DNA of 64,000 nt from Clostridia bacterium. GTDB taxonomy: Bacteria; Bacillota; Clostridia; CAKSNL01; HGM11501. The notes beneath the pieces are model-generated. The model worked only from the letters and a program-made list of their open reading frames with translations. It searched no databases and had not been told where the DNA came from. A program made the translations under genes and the position numbers. Position 1 is the stretch's first letter; each line of letters starts with the position of its first letter. The DNA lies in contig JAZQAZ010000030.1 of NCBI GenBank assembly GCA_045545475.1, positions 32,001 to 96,000 on the forward strand, written 5' to 3'. This document shows positions 20,374 to 30,527 of the stretch, in pieces.

Positions 20374-20955
20374 ATGATTTATGACTGGAAAACAAACAAA
20401 GAGGAAGCCATTGAAAACGGTATTTGTGAAAAGGAATTTTTCGGAATAACCTGCGTAATACCGGATCCCGATACAGGAGTAGTAAACGGCCACACTTTCA
20501 AGAATTTTCCAAAGCTGGAATTTGCACCCGGCACACTTGTAACCGATTGTACGTTTGAATCCTGCCAAGACCTCACTTTTGATGAGTGCAGAATAAACAA
20601 CTGTATATTTAATAATACAGAATTCCTTTTTTGCAGAGACAGCAACTTCACCAACTGCCGTTTCAGCGATTCTTCCTGTGCAGACGATGTACTTATAAGC
20701 ATCGAAGACTGTAAAATAAGCCATTGCGGTTTCTCCGACATCCGTCTTGAGAATGACGTTTATATGATTGACGGCGTCGGTGACTGCCACATATCGCACT
20801 GCGACTTCTCCAACATCTTAACAACTCGTGAAGACAGAGAAATTATTATCTCGGAAGAAACCAAAGGTACAATTTTCAAAAGAAAGGTCAGATACTTTAT
20901 AACAGACGAAGACACTTGCAAGGGGCTTGACGAAGTTAAATTAATTCATCCCTGA
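20374..20955 (+). CDS. Hypothetical protein, probable beta-helix or pentapeptide-like repeats
   Basis: Repeated C-x-F-x-x patterns (DCTFES, NCIFNN, NCRFSD, HCGFSD, HCDFSN). RBS AGGAGG. Confidence 0.6.
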   Translation: MIYDWKTNKEEAIENGICEKEFFGITCVIPDPDTGVVNGHTFKNFPKLEFAPGTLVTDCTFESCQDLTFDECRINNCIFNNTEFLFCRDSNFTNCRFSDSSCADDVLISIEDCKISHCGFSDIRLENDVYMIDGVGDCHISHCDFSNILTTREDREIIISEETKGTIFKRKVRYFITDEDTCKGLDEVKLIHP

Positions 20956-21032
20956 GTCTCCTGACATTTCTCTTTTATCCCTTTAGTGCTGTAAGCACAA
21001 AAAAATGCTGTGCGGCATTGCGGCACAGCATT

Positions 21033-21572
21033 TTATTTTTCATACAACTCAATCGAGTCCTTACCGTCTTTTTCCGATAAAAGCACCTTTATTAGTTCCG
21101 ATTTTGATGTAGGAATGTTTTTCCCCACAAAATCAGGACGGATAGGAAGCTCCCTGTGTCCACGGTCGACAATCGCTGCAAGCTTTATCTTTTCCGCCCT
21201 TCCCATTTTGAGAAGTGCAGAAAGTGCCGCCCGCACCGTTCTTCCCGTACATATAACATCATCCGTTAAGATAATTTCTTTTCCTTCAGTATCAAGGCCA
21301 ATGTCAGTTGCGGAAATTTCAGGCTCCGTCAATGCGTTTTCTTTTAAATCGTCACGGTATAAGGTAATATCAAGAATTCCCACAGGAACCTTTATTCCTT
21401 CAATTTTTTCAATGCACTCACTTAATCTTTGTGCAAAAGGCACTCCTCTTGTTTTTATTCCCACAAGACAAAGCTTTTCGGGATCATCTGTATTTTCCAG
21501 AATTTCGTGAGCGATTCTTTTTATACTGCGGTTTAACGTATCCGCATCATAGAGTACAGACTTGAATTTCAT
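21033..21572 (-). CDS. pyrR: Pyrimidine operon attenuation protein / uracil PRTase PyrR
   Basis: RIAHEILE, LDITLYRDD and DRGHRELPIRPDFVGKN. Confidence 0.95.
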   Translation of the reverse strand: MKFKSVLYDADTLNRSIKRIAHEILENTDDPEKLCLVGIKTRGVPFAQRLSECIEKIEGIKVPVGILDITLYRDDLKENALTEPEISATDIGLDTEGKEIILTDDVICTGRTVRAALSALLKMGRAEKIKLAAIVDRGHRELPIRPDFVGKNIPTSKSELIKVLLSEKDGKDSIELYEK

Positions 21573-21587
21573 ATCCTTAAATTTATA

Positions 21588-21613
21588 AAAGGGACTCCCG
21601 AAGGAGTCCCTTT
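21588..21613 (-). terminator. Terminator-like hairpin between uraA and pyrR
   Basis: AAAGGGACTCC-ttcg-GGAGTCCCTTTT on the minus strand. Confidence 0.6.
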
Positions 21614-21622
21614 ATTCACTCC

Positions 21623-22996
21623 TTATTCCTGCTCTTTTGCTTTTGATAAGATAATATTTGTAATTATACCAAGGATAAGAGCACAAGCAATACCGGTGAT
21701 TGTAACCTTGCCAATCTGCATAGCTACTCCGCCGATACCTGCGATTAAGATTACGCTTACTACGAAGAGGTTCTTGTTCTGCTCAAGGTCAACCTTCTGT
21801 ATCATCTTAAGACCGGATACTGCAATGAATCCGTAGAGAGTTATGCATACGCCACCCATTACGCAACCGGGGATAGAATCAAGGAAAGCAACGAAGGGTG
21901 AGATAAATGCAACAAACAGTGCCATGATGGCAGTAGTTATTATTGTATATACGGAAGCGTTCTTTGTGATAGCTACGCATCCAACGGATTCACCGTAAGT
22001 AGTATTGGGACATCCTCCAAAGAATGCACCAACCATGGAGCCGACACCGTCACCAAGAAGTGTTCTGTGAAGACCGGGTTCTTCCAAAAGGTCATGCTCA
22101 ATGATTGAGCTTAAGTTCTTATGGTCAGCAATATGCTCAGCAAATACAACGAAGGCAACGGGTGCATAAGCAACAGCGATTGTTGCAACGTATGTCCAGT
22201 TAAATTCTCCTATGCCCTTGAATGCTTCAATGAAAGTATATTTAGGAACAGCAAGAAATGTTTTAAGTGTAACGCCTTCTGCAACCAGAGCCTTGAAAGG
22301 TGCAAAATCAATAATTATAAGAGCTTCATTTCCTGTGCTTATACCTATCACAGTGAATATTAAGGCAACAGCATAGCCGGCAAGAATACCGATGATAAAG
22401 GGAATAAGCTTTGCCATTCTCTTACCGTATGTTGCACAAAGGATAACCACTGCCAAAGTAACCATTGCACAGATGAAGGATACCCATGCAGAAGTTGACA
22501 TAATGAACGCAGAGCCATCTGCATTCTTGGGACCGTATGAAAATACATCGTTTATTGCCGCACCTGCAAGTGAAAGACCAATAAGTGCAACTGTCGGTCC
22601 GATTACAACCGGGGGCATAAGTTTATTAATCCAGTTAACTCCTGCCACCTTAACAACAAGGGCTATAATTACATATACAAAACCTGCTATTAATGCTCCG
22701 ATGATAAGACCGAGATAACCGAGAGACATTGATACTCCCCCTGCAAAAGCTGCAAGCATCGAGGGAATAAATGCGAAAGAAGAACCCAAAAATACCGGGC
22801 TTCTTCCCTTTGTGAAGAGAACATAAACCAAGGTTCCGATACCGGCTCCGAAAAGAGCCGCAGAAGCTGACATTCCATTTCCTACGATTGCAGGAACAGC
22901 AATTGTTGCCGCCATAATTGCCAGAAGCTGCTGAATAGCAAAAACAATCAACTGACCGAAAGCGGGCTTGTCTTTTACGCCATAAATCATTTTCAT
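21623..22996 (-). CDS. uraA: Uracil permease (NCS2 family, UraA/PyrP)
   Basis: FLGSSFAFI, EHIADH, PNTTYGE and LYGFIA motifs. ATG at 22996 after GGAGG. Confidence 0.9.
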   Translation of the reverse strand: MKMIYGVKDKPAFGQLIVFAIQQLLAIMAATIAVPAIVGNGMSASAALFGAGIGTLVYVLFTKGRSPVFLGSSFAFIPSMLAAFAGGVSMSLGYLGLIIGALIAGFVYVIIALVVKVAGVNWINKLMPPVVIGPTVALIGLSLAGAAINDVFSYGPKNADGSAFIMSTSAWVSFICAMVTLAVVILCATYGKRMAKLIPFIIGILAGYAVALIFTVIGISTGNEALIIIDFAPFKALVAEGVTLKTFLAVPKYTFIEAFKGIGEFNWTYVATIAVAYAPVAFVVFAEHIADHKNLSSIIEHDLLEEPGLHRTLLGDGVGSMVGAFFGGCPNTTYGESVGCVAITKNASVYTIITTAIMALFVAFISPFVAFLDSIPGCVMGGVCITLYGFIAVSGLKMIQKVDLEQNKNLFVVSVILIAGIGGVAMQIGKVTITGIACALILGIITNIILSKAKEQE

Positions 22997-23021
22997 TTTT
23001 ACCGACCTCCATAAATTTTTT

Positions 23022-23115
23022 ACAAAAAAACACCTTGTCCGCAGCAAAAACAGACAAGGTGTTATAATGCTTAATCAAAAGTCTCTTGCCGATGTCTCTG
23101 CATCGAATTAAAGAT
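23022..23115 (-). promoter_or_regulatory. PyrR-binding loop plus attenuator terminator in the uraA leader
   Basis: Minus strand CTTTAA-TTCGATG-CAGAGA-CATCGG-CAAGAG (CNGNGA hexaloop), followed by hairpin ACACCTTGTC...GACAAGGTGT and a U tract. Confidence 0.75.
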
Positions 23116-23182
23116 ATCTTTTCCAAAAAACAGTATATCATTAATTCCTTTTTTTGTAAAGACCTTTTTCGGCAAAATCCGA

Positions 23183-26100
23183 TTATTTTTTAACTCTGTC
23201 AACCAAACCTGCAAGTCTCGCAAGAATAGTCGCCGCTTCAGCTCTTATGATGTTGCTTTCAGGACGGAAGGTTCCTTCCGCATCGTTACCGGCAAGAATA
23301 CCTGCATTGTAAAGAGCATAAATCTCAGCACCGTATTTTCCTGTAGCAGAAACATCGGGAATACTCCATGAATTTATGGCACTAAGCTTGTCGGGCGTAA
23401 CACTGTGACAGAAGATATAAGCCATTTCCGCTCTGGTTACATAGCGGTTATAATCTGCAAAGTCGCTTTCCTTTATAATTCCGTTGGCAACGGCATAGTT
23501 TACATATACCGTATACCACATATCTCCTGTGGGAACAAAATCGGAATCAGCACCACCCTTTGCCTGGTTGTGGATTCTGCACGCCATTGTAATAGCCTCT
23601 GCAACCGTCATATATCCTTCGGGATTAAAGGTGGTATCTCCCGTACCTTTCATAAGCCCTGCTCCACATACCTTATATACAATATCCTTGTACCAGCTTG
23701 TTTCCGCAACGTCGGCAAATACCTTCTGGGGTGCGGCAGGCTGTGCTTTTTCCACCACTTCAATTTTAACATAGCCTGTAAAATTATCCCCTTCGTTGCT
23801 CTGTCCGAAATATGATATTGATGCTGTTCCCTTAAAGCCTTCTGCAGGAACGAATGTTACATCGGAAATATTGGGATTTCTGTCCGCATAAAACGTAGAG
23901 CCTGCAGAAATCATTGACTGATTTTCCTTACCGTAGTAAAGGTATAATGCACCGGCTCCGCCTGCAACAGCTCCGAAACGTACGCTTGCACAAGGTGATG
24001 CCGAAGTTCTGATACTTGCATTATTAAATTCGGTTATATCAAATTTCTTTCCTTCAACAGTTACTCCGTTGTAGTAAACATTGGTATCAACAGCAGGTGC
24101 ACTCTCTCCGCTGTATGTTATTTTTATGCTTCCGGGATATCCTGTACTGCTTGCATAAGCCGTGTAATTGATAGTAACCTTTCCGGTATATCCCTTCTTG
24201 GGAACGAAGCTTACATTTTTAAGGGCATTGGTTGTTCCGGAATAATAATACTTATCTGAAGCTGTTACCTTTTCCTCATCATCGCCGTCATAATCATAAT
24301 AAAGTACACCATAACTTGATGAAGGAAGTGTAAACTTTATATAGCTTAAAGTTTTTCCGGACGCTTTCTTAAATGCGGAATTAAGGCTTGATGCATTCAT
24401 GATCACTTCCTGGTCAACAGATGCTTTTACATTGATGGTATCAATATCTTCATCGTCGTCATCGTCGTCATCACCGTCTGCATCCTTCACCTTAATGGTT
24501 ATCTTTCCCTCAATATATTTACTTGAGGTATAGTAGCCCTTATAGGTAATGGTTACTGTTCCCGAATAACTCTTTTTAGGAACAAAGGTAATATCCGAAA
24601 TATCGGGGTCGTCGTCATAGAGAAACTCGTCGCCTTTTGCGATTTTCTCTTCATCCGAACCATCATAGTCATAATAAAGCACGCCCGCTGTTGTGGAAGG
24701 TACGGTTTTGAATTCTATGCCCAGAAGGTCTTCGCCCGCATCGTCGAATACATCGTAAAAATCGTCGCCGTCAAAGGTTAGCTCATCGTCGTTGTATACG
24801 CTGTAGGTTACTGTATCAACGTCATAATCGTCCTCATCTTCGTCATCGTCGCCGTCTGCGTCCTTTATCCTGATGGATATCTTTCCCTCAATATACTTAC
24901 TTGAGGTATAATACCCCTTATAAGTGATACTTACTGTACCTGTCTTTCCGGACTTGGGAATAAAAGCGATATCGGAAATGTCGGGGTCGTCGTCATAGAG
25001 AAACTCGTCGCCCTTTGCGATTTTTTCTTCATCAGAGCCTTCATAGTCATAGTAAAGAGTTCCGTAAGTAGTTGAGGGAATGGTTTTAAATTCAAGACTG
25101 ATAAAATCTTCTCCCGCATCGTCGAATACATCGTAAAAATCGTCGCCTTCAAACCAAAGCTCATCGTCGTTGTATACGGTGTAGGTTACTGTATCAACGT
25201 CGTAATCGTCATCATCGTCTGAATCATCGTCTGAATCAGAAACCTTAATTTTCACAGTACCGGAAAACTCCTTACCGCTTATGTTTTCACCGGTATACTT
25301 AATTGTAACCGTTCCCGAATAACTGGCCTTCGGAACAAAAGAAACATCAGAAATATCGGGGTCATCGTTATAATAAAATTCGTCACTCTTAGAAACCTTT
25401 TCTTCATCGGAGCCGTCATAATCATAATAAAGCACTCCATAGCTTGTTGAAGGAAGCGTAAAGGTCACATAATCTAAATTCTTTCCGGTAGCAGACTTAC
25501 ATACACTGTTGAACTTGGAGCCGGAAAATTCTATTGCATCTCCGCCGTTATCTCCGCTTAAGTTTATGACGCTTGCAGTCTTGCTTTCTTCTTCAACAAT
25601 AATTTTAATTTCCCCTTCGATTTCAGGGTCAGATGTGTTTGTACCGTAAAGAATAATTGCTATTGTAATTTCACATTCCTTTTTGGGGACAAAGGAAATA
25701 TCATCAATCCAGGTTTTTTTGATCTTTTCACCTTTTAATATTTTTTCTTGTTCTTTTCCGTCGTAATCATAATAGAGCACGCCGTAGGTGTTTGAGGGAA
25801 GCTTGGGAATCTCAAAGGATTTGAAAGTTTTTCCTGTAGCATCGTTATATGCCTTTGAAAAATCGTCTGCTTCGAACTCTATCGGATCTTCTGTGTCGCC
25901 CTCATAGGTAATGGTGGCAGCATCTTCCGGAGTATCGTTGCCGGCGGTATCATCACCTGTGGTGTCATCGCCCGTGGTATCGTCACCCGTGGTGCCGTCA
26001 CCCGTGGTATCGTCGCCCGTAGTACCGTCGCCCGTGGTGCCGTCACCCGTGGTATCGTCGCCCGCGGTATCGTCACCCGTGGTATCATCACCGGTAGTAT

Positions 26101-26281
26101 CGTCGCCCGTGGTATCGTCGCCCGGAGTATCGTTGCCGGCGGTATCATCACCTGTGGTATCGTCGCCTGTGTCTTCCGCTGCAGGTGTTGTATCCGCTTC
26201 TTCCGCAAACACGCTGACTGCGGAGCAAATCATGGTGAATACCAGTAAAAACGCCAGAATCTTCATTGCAATGTTTTTCAT
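23183..26281 (-). CDS. Large acidic cell-surface protein with ~125-aa repeats and C-terminal SLH domains
   Basis: Signal peptide, pentapeptide repeat and about six repeats containing YG-x-LYYDYDG...F-x-P. SLH motifs GLMKGTGDTTFNPE, VTRAEMA and IIRAEAA. Confidence 0.85.
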   Translation of the reverse strand: MKNIAMKILAFLLVFTMICSAVSVFAEEADTTPAAEDTGDDTTGDDTAGNDTPGDDTTGDDTTGDDTTGDDTAGDDTTGDGTTGDGTTGDDTTGDGTTGDDTTGDDTTGDDTAGNDTPEDAATITYEGDTEDPIEFEADDFSKAYNDATGKTFKSFEIPKLPSNTYGVLYYDYDGKEQEKILKGEKIKKTWIDDISFVPKKECEITIAIILYGTNTSDPEIEGEIKIIVEEESKTASVINLSGDNGGDAIEFSGSKFNSVCKSATGKNLDYVTFTLPSTSYGVLYYDYDGSDEEKVSKSDEFYYNDDPDISDVSFVPKASYSGTVTIKYTGENISGKEFSGTVKIKVSDSDDDSDDDDDYDVDTVTYTVYNDDELWFEGDDFYDVFDDAGEDFISLEFKTIPSTTYGTLYYDYEGSDEEKIAKGDEFLYDDDPDISDIAFIPKSGKTGTVSITYKGYYTSSKYIEGKISIRIKDADGDDDEDEDDYDVDTVTYSVYNDDELTFDGDDFYDVFDDAGEDLLGIEFKTVPSTTAGVLYYDYDGSDEEKIAKGDEFLYDDDPDISDITFVPKKSYSGTVTITYKGYYTSSKYIEGKITIKVKDADGDDDDDDDEDIDTINVKASVDQEVIMNASSLNSAFKKASGKTLSYIKFTLPSSSYGVLYYDYDGDDEEKVTASDKYYYSGTTNALKNVSFVPKKGYTGKVTINYTAYASSTGYPGSIKITYSGESAPAVDTNVYYNGVTVEGKKFDITEFNNASIRTSASPCASVRFGAVAGGAGALYLYYGKENQSMISAGSTFYADRNPNISDVTFVPAEGFKGTASISYFGQSNEGDNFTGYVKIEVVEKAQPAAPQKVFADVAETSWYKDIVYKVCGAGLMKGTGDTTFNPEGYMTVAEAITMACRIHNQAKGGADSDFVPTGDMWYTVYVNYAVANGIIKESDFADYNRYVTRAEMAYIFCHSVTPDKLSAINSWSIPDVSATGKYGAEIYALYNAGILAGNDAEGTFRPESNIIRAEAATILARLAGLVDRVKK
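24475..25208 (-). repeat. Recent tandem duplication of a ~378-bp (126-aa) domain unit
   Basis: Near-identical DNA stretches 378 bp apart, e.g. GTCGTCGTCATAGAGAAACTCGTCGCC at about 24608 and 24986. Confidence 0.75.
25928..26167 (-). repeat. 16 x 15-bp coding tandem repeat, G(D/N)(D/G)T(T/A/P)
   Basis: GDDTT/GDDTA/GNDTP/GDGTT units counted in the translation. Confidence 0.9.
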
Positions 26282-26296
26282 TTAAGTCATCCTTTC

Positions 26297-27040
26297 TTAT
26301 ACTAAAGCTTCTGTCTCTATATTGAGCAATGCTTCTTTTTCTCTCATATATGCTTTTCCATACTTGGAAAATCTGCTTTTTCTTATTTCAAGGTCCGACA
26401 GGATATCCACCAGCCACAAAGGATACCCTCCCACAGCCTTAATTTCCATAAGTCGCATATCAGGTTCAATAAGTGCCTCGCCATAGTCTCCTTTAAGCAG
26501 GTCCAGCTCGTACATTCTTGCTCTTATATCCTTATCAAAGGAAATTCTTAAGTCCTTGTTATCGTGGGAGAAAAACGCCAGGCGGTCATACGCCACAATG
26601 CAGGAAGGTTTTATTCCGGGATTCATTTTAAGAAATTCCAAAATTTCTTTTATAACCTGTTCATTCATGTGGGGCATAAGAGGCGGCATTTCTTTCTTGT
26701 CAAGAAAATCCATCGCTTCGTTATAGTAAAAAGCCGTTCTTCTTTTATTCACCGTACCTTTGAACTTCTTCTTCATTTCAAGATATATCTTTGTATTTTC
26801 ATCCGGCACTCCGTAAGAACGAAGGCGAAGCTTTTCTTTATATACAGGGCGGGACAGGGAATGTCTTATAAACCGCTTATCATCTGTATCAAAATAAAGG
26901 CTGCAAAGAGTATAATACTCTCCCCCGATATTATACTTATCCATATATGTATAATCTTTTATCCGGCTAAGGACCGTTTCAAAAACATCTCCTGTCAGAA
27001 GATACTTTTTTTCAACACGGTTGAAAACCTCTTTCGCCAT
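26297..27040 (-). CDS. VTC (polyphosphate polymerase) domain protein, CYTH-like
   Basis: FNRVEKKY, SLYFDT, KEKLRLRSY, LEMKKK, YDRLAF, LRISFD, MEIK and FSKYG. ATG at 27040. Confidence 0.9.
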   Translation of the reverse strand: MAKEVFNRVEKKYLLTGDVFETVLSRIKDYTYMDKYNIGGEYYTLCSLYFDTDDKRFIRHSLSRPVYKEKLRLRSYGVPDENTKIYLEMKKKFKGTVNKRRTAFYYNEAMDFLDKKEMPPLMPHMNEQVIKEILEFLKMNPGIKPSCIVAYDRLAFFSHDNKDLRISFDKDIRARMYELDLLKGDYGEALIEPDMRLMEIKAVGGYPLWLVDILSDLEIRKSRFSKYGKAYMREKEALLNIETEALV

Positions 27041-27171
27041 AAGCTCCCTCCTCCCTACAGCAGAGGCTACCAATTCATAATATAATATACATTAACAACG
27101 TCTTAAAGTCAATAAAAAGAAATGAATTTATTATTAAAAGGCTGCGATTAGTTCTAATCGCAGCCTTTTCG

Positions 27172-27609
27172 TTATTTAAGTGATAAAAATATTTCCGTCA
27201 TTTCCTCATCGTTTGAAGGAATCATGGCATATTCGTCATTTACCTGTGCCGTTATATATACATCAAACATATCCATATACATTTTTCCTGTTTTTGCCAA
27301 TTCTATATAAGCTTCAGACTCAACATTATAGCAGAAAATTTCAAACACTCTTCCGTCTGCAAGCGTGTATTTCCTTCCTGCCTTCGCACCATCAATTATC
27401 CCTTCCGCCTTATCTTCCTCTTCGAAAGCAATTCCTTTTTCAGTAAGTGCCGCGGAAAAACCTGCAAACTTATCTTCTGTCTCCCTTGTAACATAGGTGA
27501 ATTCCTTTATTTCTCCGTTTTCATCTGTATATTTTTCTGTTTTCACGGTGCAGGAAGCAAGGGTTAAAATCATAAATACAGCAAGAAAAGTCAACATTAT
27601 TTTTTTCAT
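27172..27609 (-). CDS. Hypothetical lipoprotein
   Basis: Signal peptide with lipobox LASC. Confidence 0.7.
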   Translation of the reverse strand: MKKIMLTFLAVFMILTLASCTVKTEKYTDENGEIKEFTYVTRETEDKFAGFSAALTEKGIAFEEEDKAEGIIDGAKAGRKYTLADGRVFEIFCYNVESEAYIELAKTGKMYMDMFDVYITAQVNDEYAMIPSNDEEMTEIFLSLK

Positions 27610-27704
27610 TAAAAATCATCCTCTCTTTGCTTAATGATAGCACGGCTTTTATATTCTGTCAAGAAACAAAAAACGTACGGAATTTATGCCTCCCGTACGC
27701 CATA

Positions 27705-28208
27705 TTATAATTCTTCAGGTTCAAATTCCCCAAGCACAAAAGGAATTATTTCTTCCTTTTCTATTTTAAGCACGGTTTTAAATTCTCCATAAAGGAGCTT
27801 TTCAGCCTCGGCAAGAAAATATTCGTCCACTTTATGAAGCTTTTTTCCAAGCTCAAAAATTTCCTTTTTATGCTTATCACAAGCTTTAATAAGTGAAGCA
27901 ATCCCGCCTCTGTCCGCACTGTTTATTGCACCGGAATAAATATCACGTCTCTGTCTGTCATTATCTTCCCAAAGGGCACAGTCAGCTTCCTTTATGATTT
28001 TTTTTATTTCTTTTCCCGATACAATTTTTCTTAATTTTGTTTCGGCAGCCTTACCTTCTGTAGGCACATAAAAAACCGAGCTTTCGTTTCCCGCCGGTGT
28101 AAGAGCATAGTATTTTATAGTTCTGTCAGCAATCTTTTTGTCCTCGATGCCATTTATCCTGCACAAGCCTTCGCCGCCGTAAAGCACCATATCCCCTATA
28201 TTATACAT
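27705..28208 (-). CDS. CarD-family transcriptional regulator
   Basis: YNIGDMVLYGGEGLCRI...YVP N-terminal domain and D-x-x-x-L-x-x-AEKLLYGEF C-terminus. Confidence 0.8.
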   Translation of the reverse strand: MYNIGDMVLYGGEGLCRINGIEDKKIADRTIKYYALTPAGNESSVFYVPTEGKAAETKLRKIVSGKEIKKIIKEADCALWEDNDRQRRDIYSGAINSADRGGIASLIKACDKHKKEIFELGKKLHKVDEYFLAEAEKLLYGEFKTVLKIEKEEIIPFVLGEFEPEEL

Positions 28209-28348
28209 AAAAAGCCTCCGGTATTACCCAATCTGTCATTTGCTCAAAATTCTTTCTTATATAATACCACAAAAAGGATTTTTCTTCAAGGGACAAATTG
28301 ACGAAAAACTGCACCGGTCTTTATGTGTAAATCGCCCAAAAACCACAA

Positions 28349-29536
28349 TTAGCACTTATCTTTAAGGCTTTTTGCCGCATTAATGAGCGCTTCCTCATCG
28401 TTTTCACAATTTCCTTCTATCACAAGATTCAAAAGAGCATCAAGCACTATGCCTGTTTTCCTTCCCGAAATACCAAGGGATAAAAGGTCGCTTCCCGATA
28501 TGGCAAGCTCTTTTATTTTATTGCAGGAGCATGCTGCTTTTCCAAGAAGTTCGAAAGCGTCCTTTGCCTCTTTATCCGAAAATATTCCAAGATGCTGCTT
28601 AAAAGTTATACACTTTGATACATATTTTTCCTCTCTCGTTTTAAGGAAATATCTCATTTTGATAATGTCAGAAAAATCTGCGTTTTTATCTTCCATAAGT
28701 CTTATGACCGTATCCTTTAGTAGCCTGTCAGTTTTCAAGGAGTTAAGTACCTCTCTCGCATCATCTGCACTAAGTCCGTCAAAAAGAATTGCAAAAGAAA
28801 TGGCTGTATCGTCTCCCTTTATTCTTTTTACGTTGTCAATATATTTCGCTTTTGAAAGAGACGGCATTATAAAAAGAAATACATCCTTGAATTCAGATAA
28901 CACAAAAGGTGCATTGATGCCTGCTAAAAGCTTTTTAAGCTCCGTAAAAATTCTTTCCCTTGCAATATTTGAAAGAAGGAGAAAAAGCTTTAATATCCCC
29001 TTTTTAGTTTCATCTTCAATTGAAAAGCCCAGAACTGATGAAAACCTTAAGGCACGCATTATGCGAAGGGCATCCTCGGTAAATCTCTTTTCCGCATCTC
29101 CGACACAGCGGATTATGCCCTTTTCAATATCTTCTTTTCCCGAAAAGGGATCTGTTATATTGAAGCTTTCGTCCATCGCCATAGCGTTTACCGTAAAGTC
29201 GCGGCGGGACAGATCTTCTTCTATTTTCTTTGTAAAATAAACTTCTTCCGGATGGCGTGAATCCTTATATTCCCCGTCAATGCGGTAGGTGGTTATTTCT
29301 ATTGCTTCGCCATTTATTATAGGAGCCACCGTTCCGTGCTTCATCCCCGAAAGCACACATTTTTTATCGGGAAAGCAATTTATTATCTCTTCGGGAAGGG
29401 CATTTGTGGTAATGTCAAAATCAGACGGAGTTTTTCCCATAATCATATCACGGACGCAGCCGCCCACAAGGTATGCTTCATACCCTTCTTTTGTCAGGCT
29501 TGACAGGGCATACAATATATTTTCCGGTATTACCAT
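28349..29536 (-). CDS. cca: CCA tRNA nucleotidyltransferase
   Basis: LVGGCVRD, DFDITT, DLSRRDFTVNA and EDALRIMRALRF. Confidence 0.9.
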   Translation of the reverse strand: MVIPENILYALSSLTKEGYEAYLVGGCVRDMIMGKTPSDFDITTNALPEEIINCFPDKKCVLSGMKHGTVAPIINGEAIEITTYRIDGEYKDSRHPEEVYFTKKIEEDLSRRDFTVNAMAMDESFNITDPFSGKEDIEKGIIRCVGDAEKRFTEDALRIMRALRFSSVLGFSIEDETKKGILKLFLLLSNIARERIFTELKKLLAGINAPFVLSEFKDVFLFIMPSLSKAKYIDNVKRIKGDDTAISFAILFDGLSADDAREVLNSLKTDRLLKDTVIRLMEDKNADFSDIIKMRYFLKTREEKYVSKCITFKQHLGIFSDKEAKDAFELLGKAACSCNKIKELAISGSDLLSLGISGRKTGIVLDALLNLVIEGNCENDEEALINAAKSLKDKC

Positions 29537-29586
29537 AAATCCACCTCCCTTAAAGTTATCAGATATATTTTACCACACAATTTCAA

Positions 29587-30393
29587 TTAATTAAAGCTTT
29601 TTCTGTAATTTAAAGGAGATACTCCTTTATATTTTTTGAAAATCCTCGAAAAATAGTTCTGGTCGATAAAGCCCGTTTCCTCTCCCACCTTCTGCATGGG
29701 AAGGTCGGTATTTTCAAGAAGCTCCGATGCCCTCTTTATCCTCATTTCAAGTATGTAATTTTTAGGGCTTTTTCCTGTGCACCTTTTAAAAAGATGGATA
29801 AAGCGGCTTACGCTTAAATTACACATATCGGCATAAAACGAAATATCAACTTCCATCCCGAAATCCGCCGTCATACGCTTTAGCACCTTTTCAATTCTTT
29901 CATCCGCTATATAATGTGAATCCCACACGTTCCTTCTTGCAAAAAGTGCAAGGATTGTGTAAAGATAACCTGCGCAAAGCTCCGAAGAATATGGCCTTTT
30001 AAGATAATATTCTTCTATCATTTTCTTAAAAAGCGATTCTGCGTGGGGGATTTCCCCGATATTGATAACTCTTTTTGAAAGCTTAAACCCCGAAAGAAGC
30101 TTTTCGCACTCCGTGCCAGAAAAATGCACATAATAGGAGGTTGTTTTTATCTCTGCTTTAACATAGTAATTCTGCACCTCAAAGGGGCGGTATATAACAA
30201 TGTTTCCTTTGGTTACTTCCTGCTCAATTCCCTTTTCCTTTATAAAAAGTGAGCCTTCGGTGATAAAAAGAATGTGATAGTCAACTCTTCCCTTTTCCCT
30301 GAATGAGCCTATATCCCTTCCCGAAAGATGCTGACAGTCACAGCTGTTTACGCATAAAGGCTCCGCCGATTTATATTCGCTTGAACGCACCAT
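29587..30393 (-). CDS. AraC-family transcriptional regulator
   Basis: Cupin N-terminus and GF-x-DQNYFSRIFKK-x-x-GVSP HTH; divergent from the nag operon. Confidence 0.9.
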   Translation of the reverse strand: MVRSSEYKSAEPLCVNSCDCQHLSGRDIGSFREKGRVDYHILFITEGSLFIKEKGIEQEVTKGNIVIYRPFEVQNYYVKAEIKTTSYYVHFSGTECEKLLSGFKLSKRVINIGEIPHAESLFKKMIEEYYLKRPYSSELCAGYLYTILALFARRNVWDSHYIADERIEKVLKRMTADFGMEVDISFYADMCNLSVSRFIHLFKRCTGKSPKNYILEMRIKRASELLENTDLPMQKVGEETGFIDQNYFSRIFKKYKGVSPLNYRKSFN

Positions 30394-30527
30394 AAAACCG
30401 CCTCCTTAAAGAAATTATACCAACCATCTTTCTTTATGTCAACAGCAGTTTTGTGCTAATTTTGAGCAAGGCTGTCTATATACATATTTTTATAAATCTG
30501 TTAAAATAAAATAAGGAGGTGTCAAAT

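Noticed and set aside
25928-26167. Regular short repeats as a possible CRISPR array
   Set aside because: They are contiguous in-frame 15-bp coding units with no unique spacers, and there are no cas genes in the window.
28383-29240. 285-aa plus-strand ORF
   Set aside because: It is an antisense shadow of cca with Ser-rich composition and no RBS. The same applies to most short overlapping ORFs in the track (e.g. 37455-38063, 20221-20799, 25911-26285).
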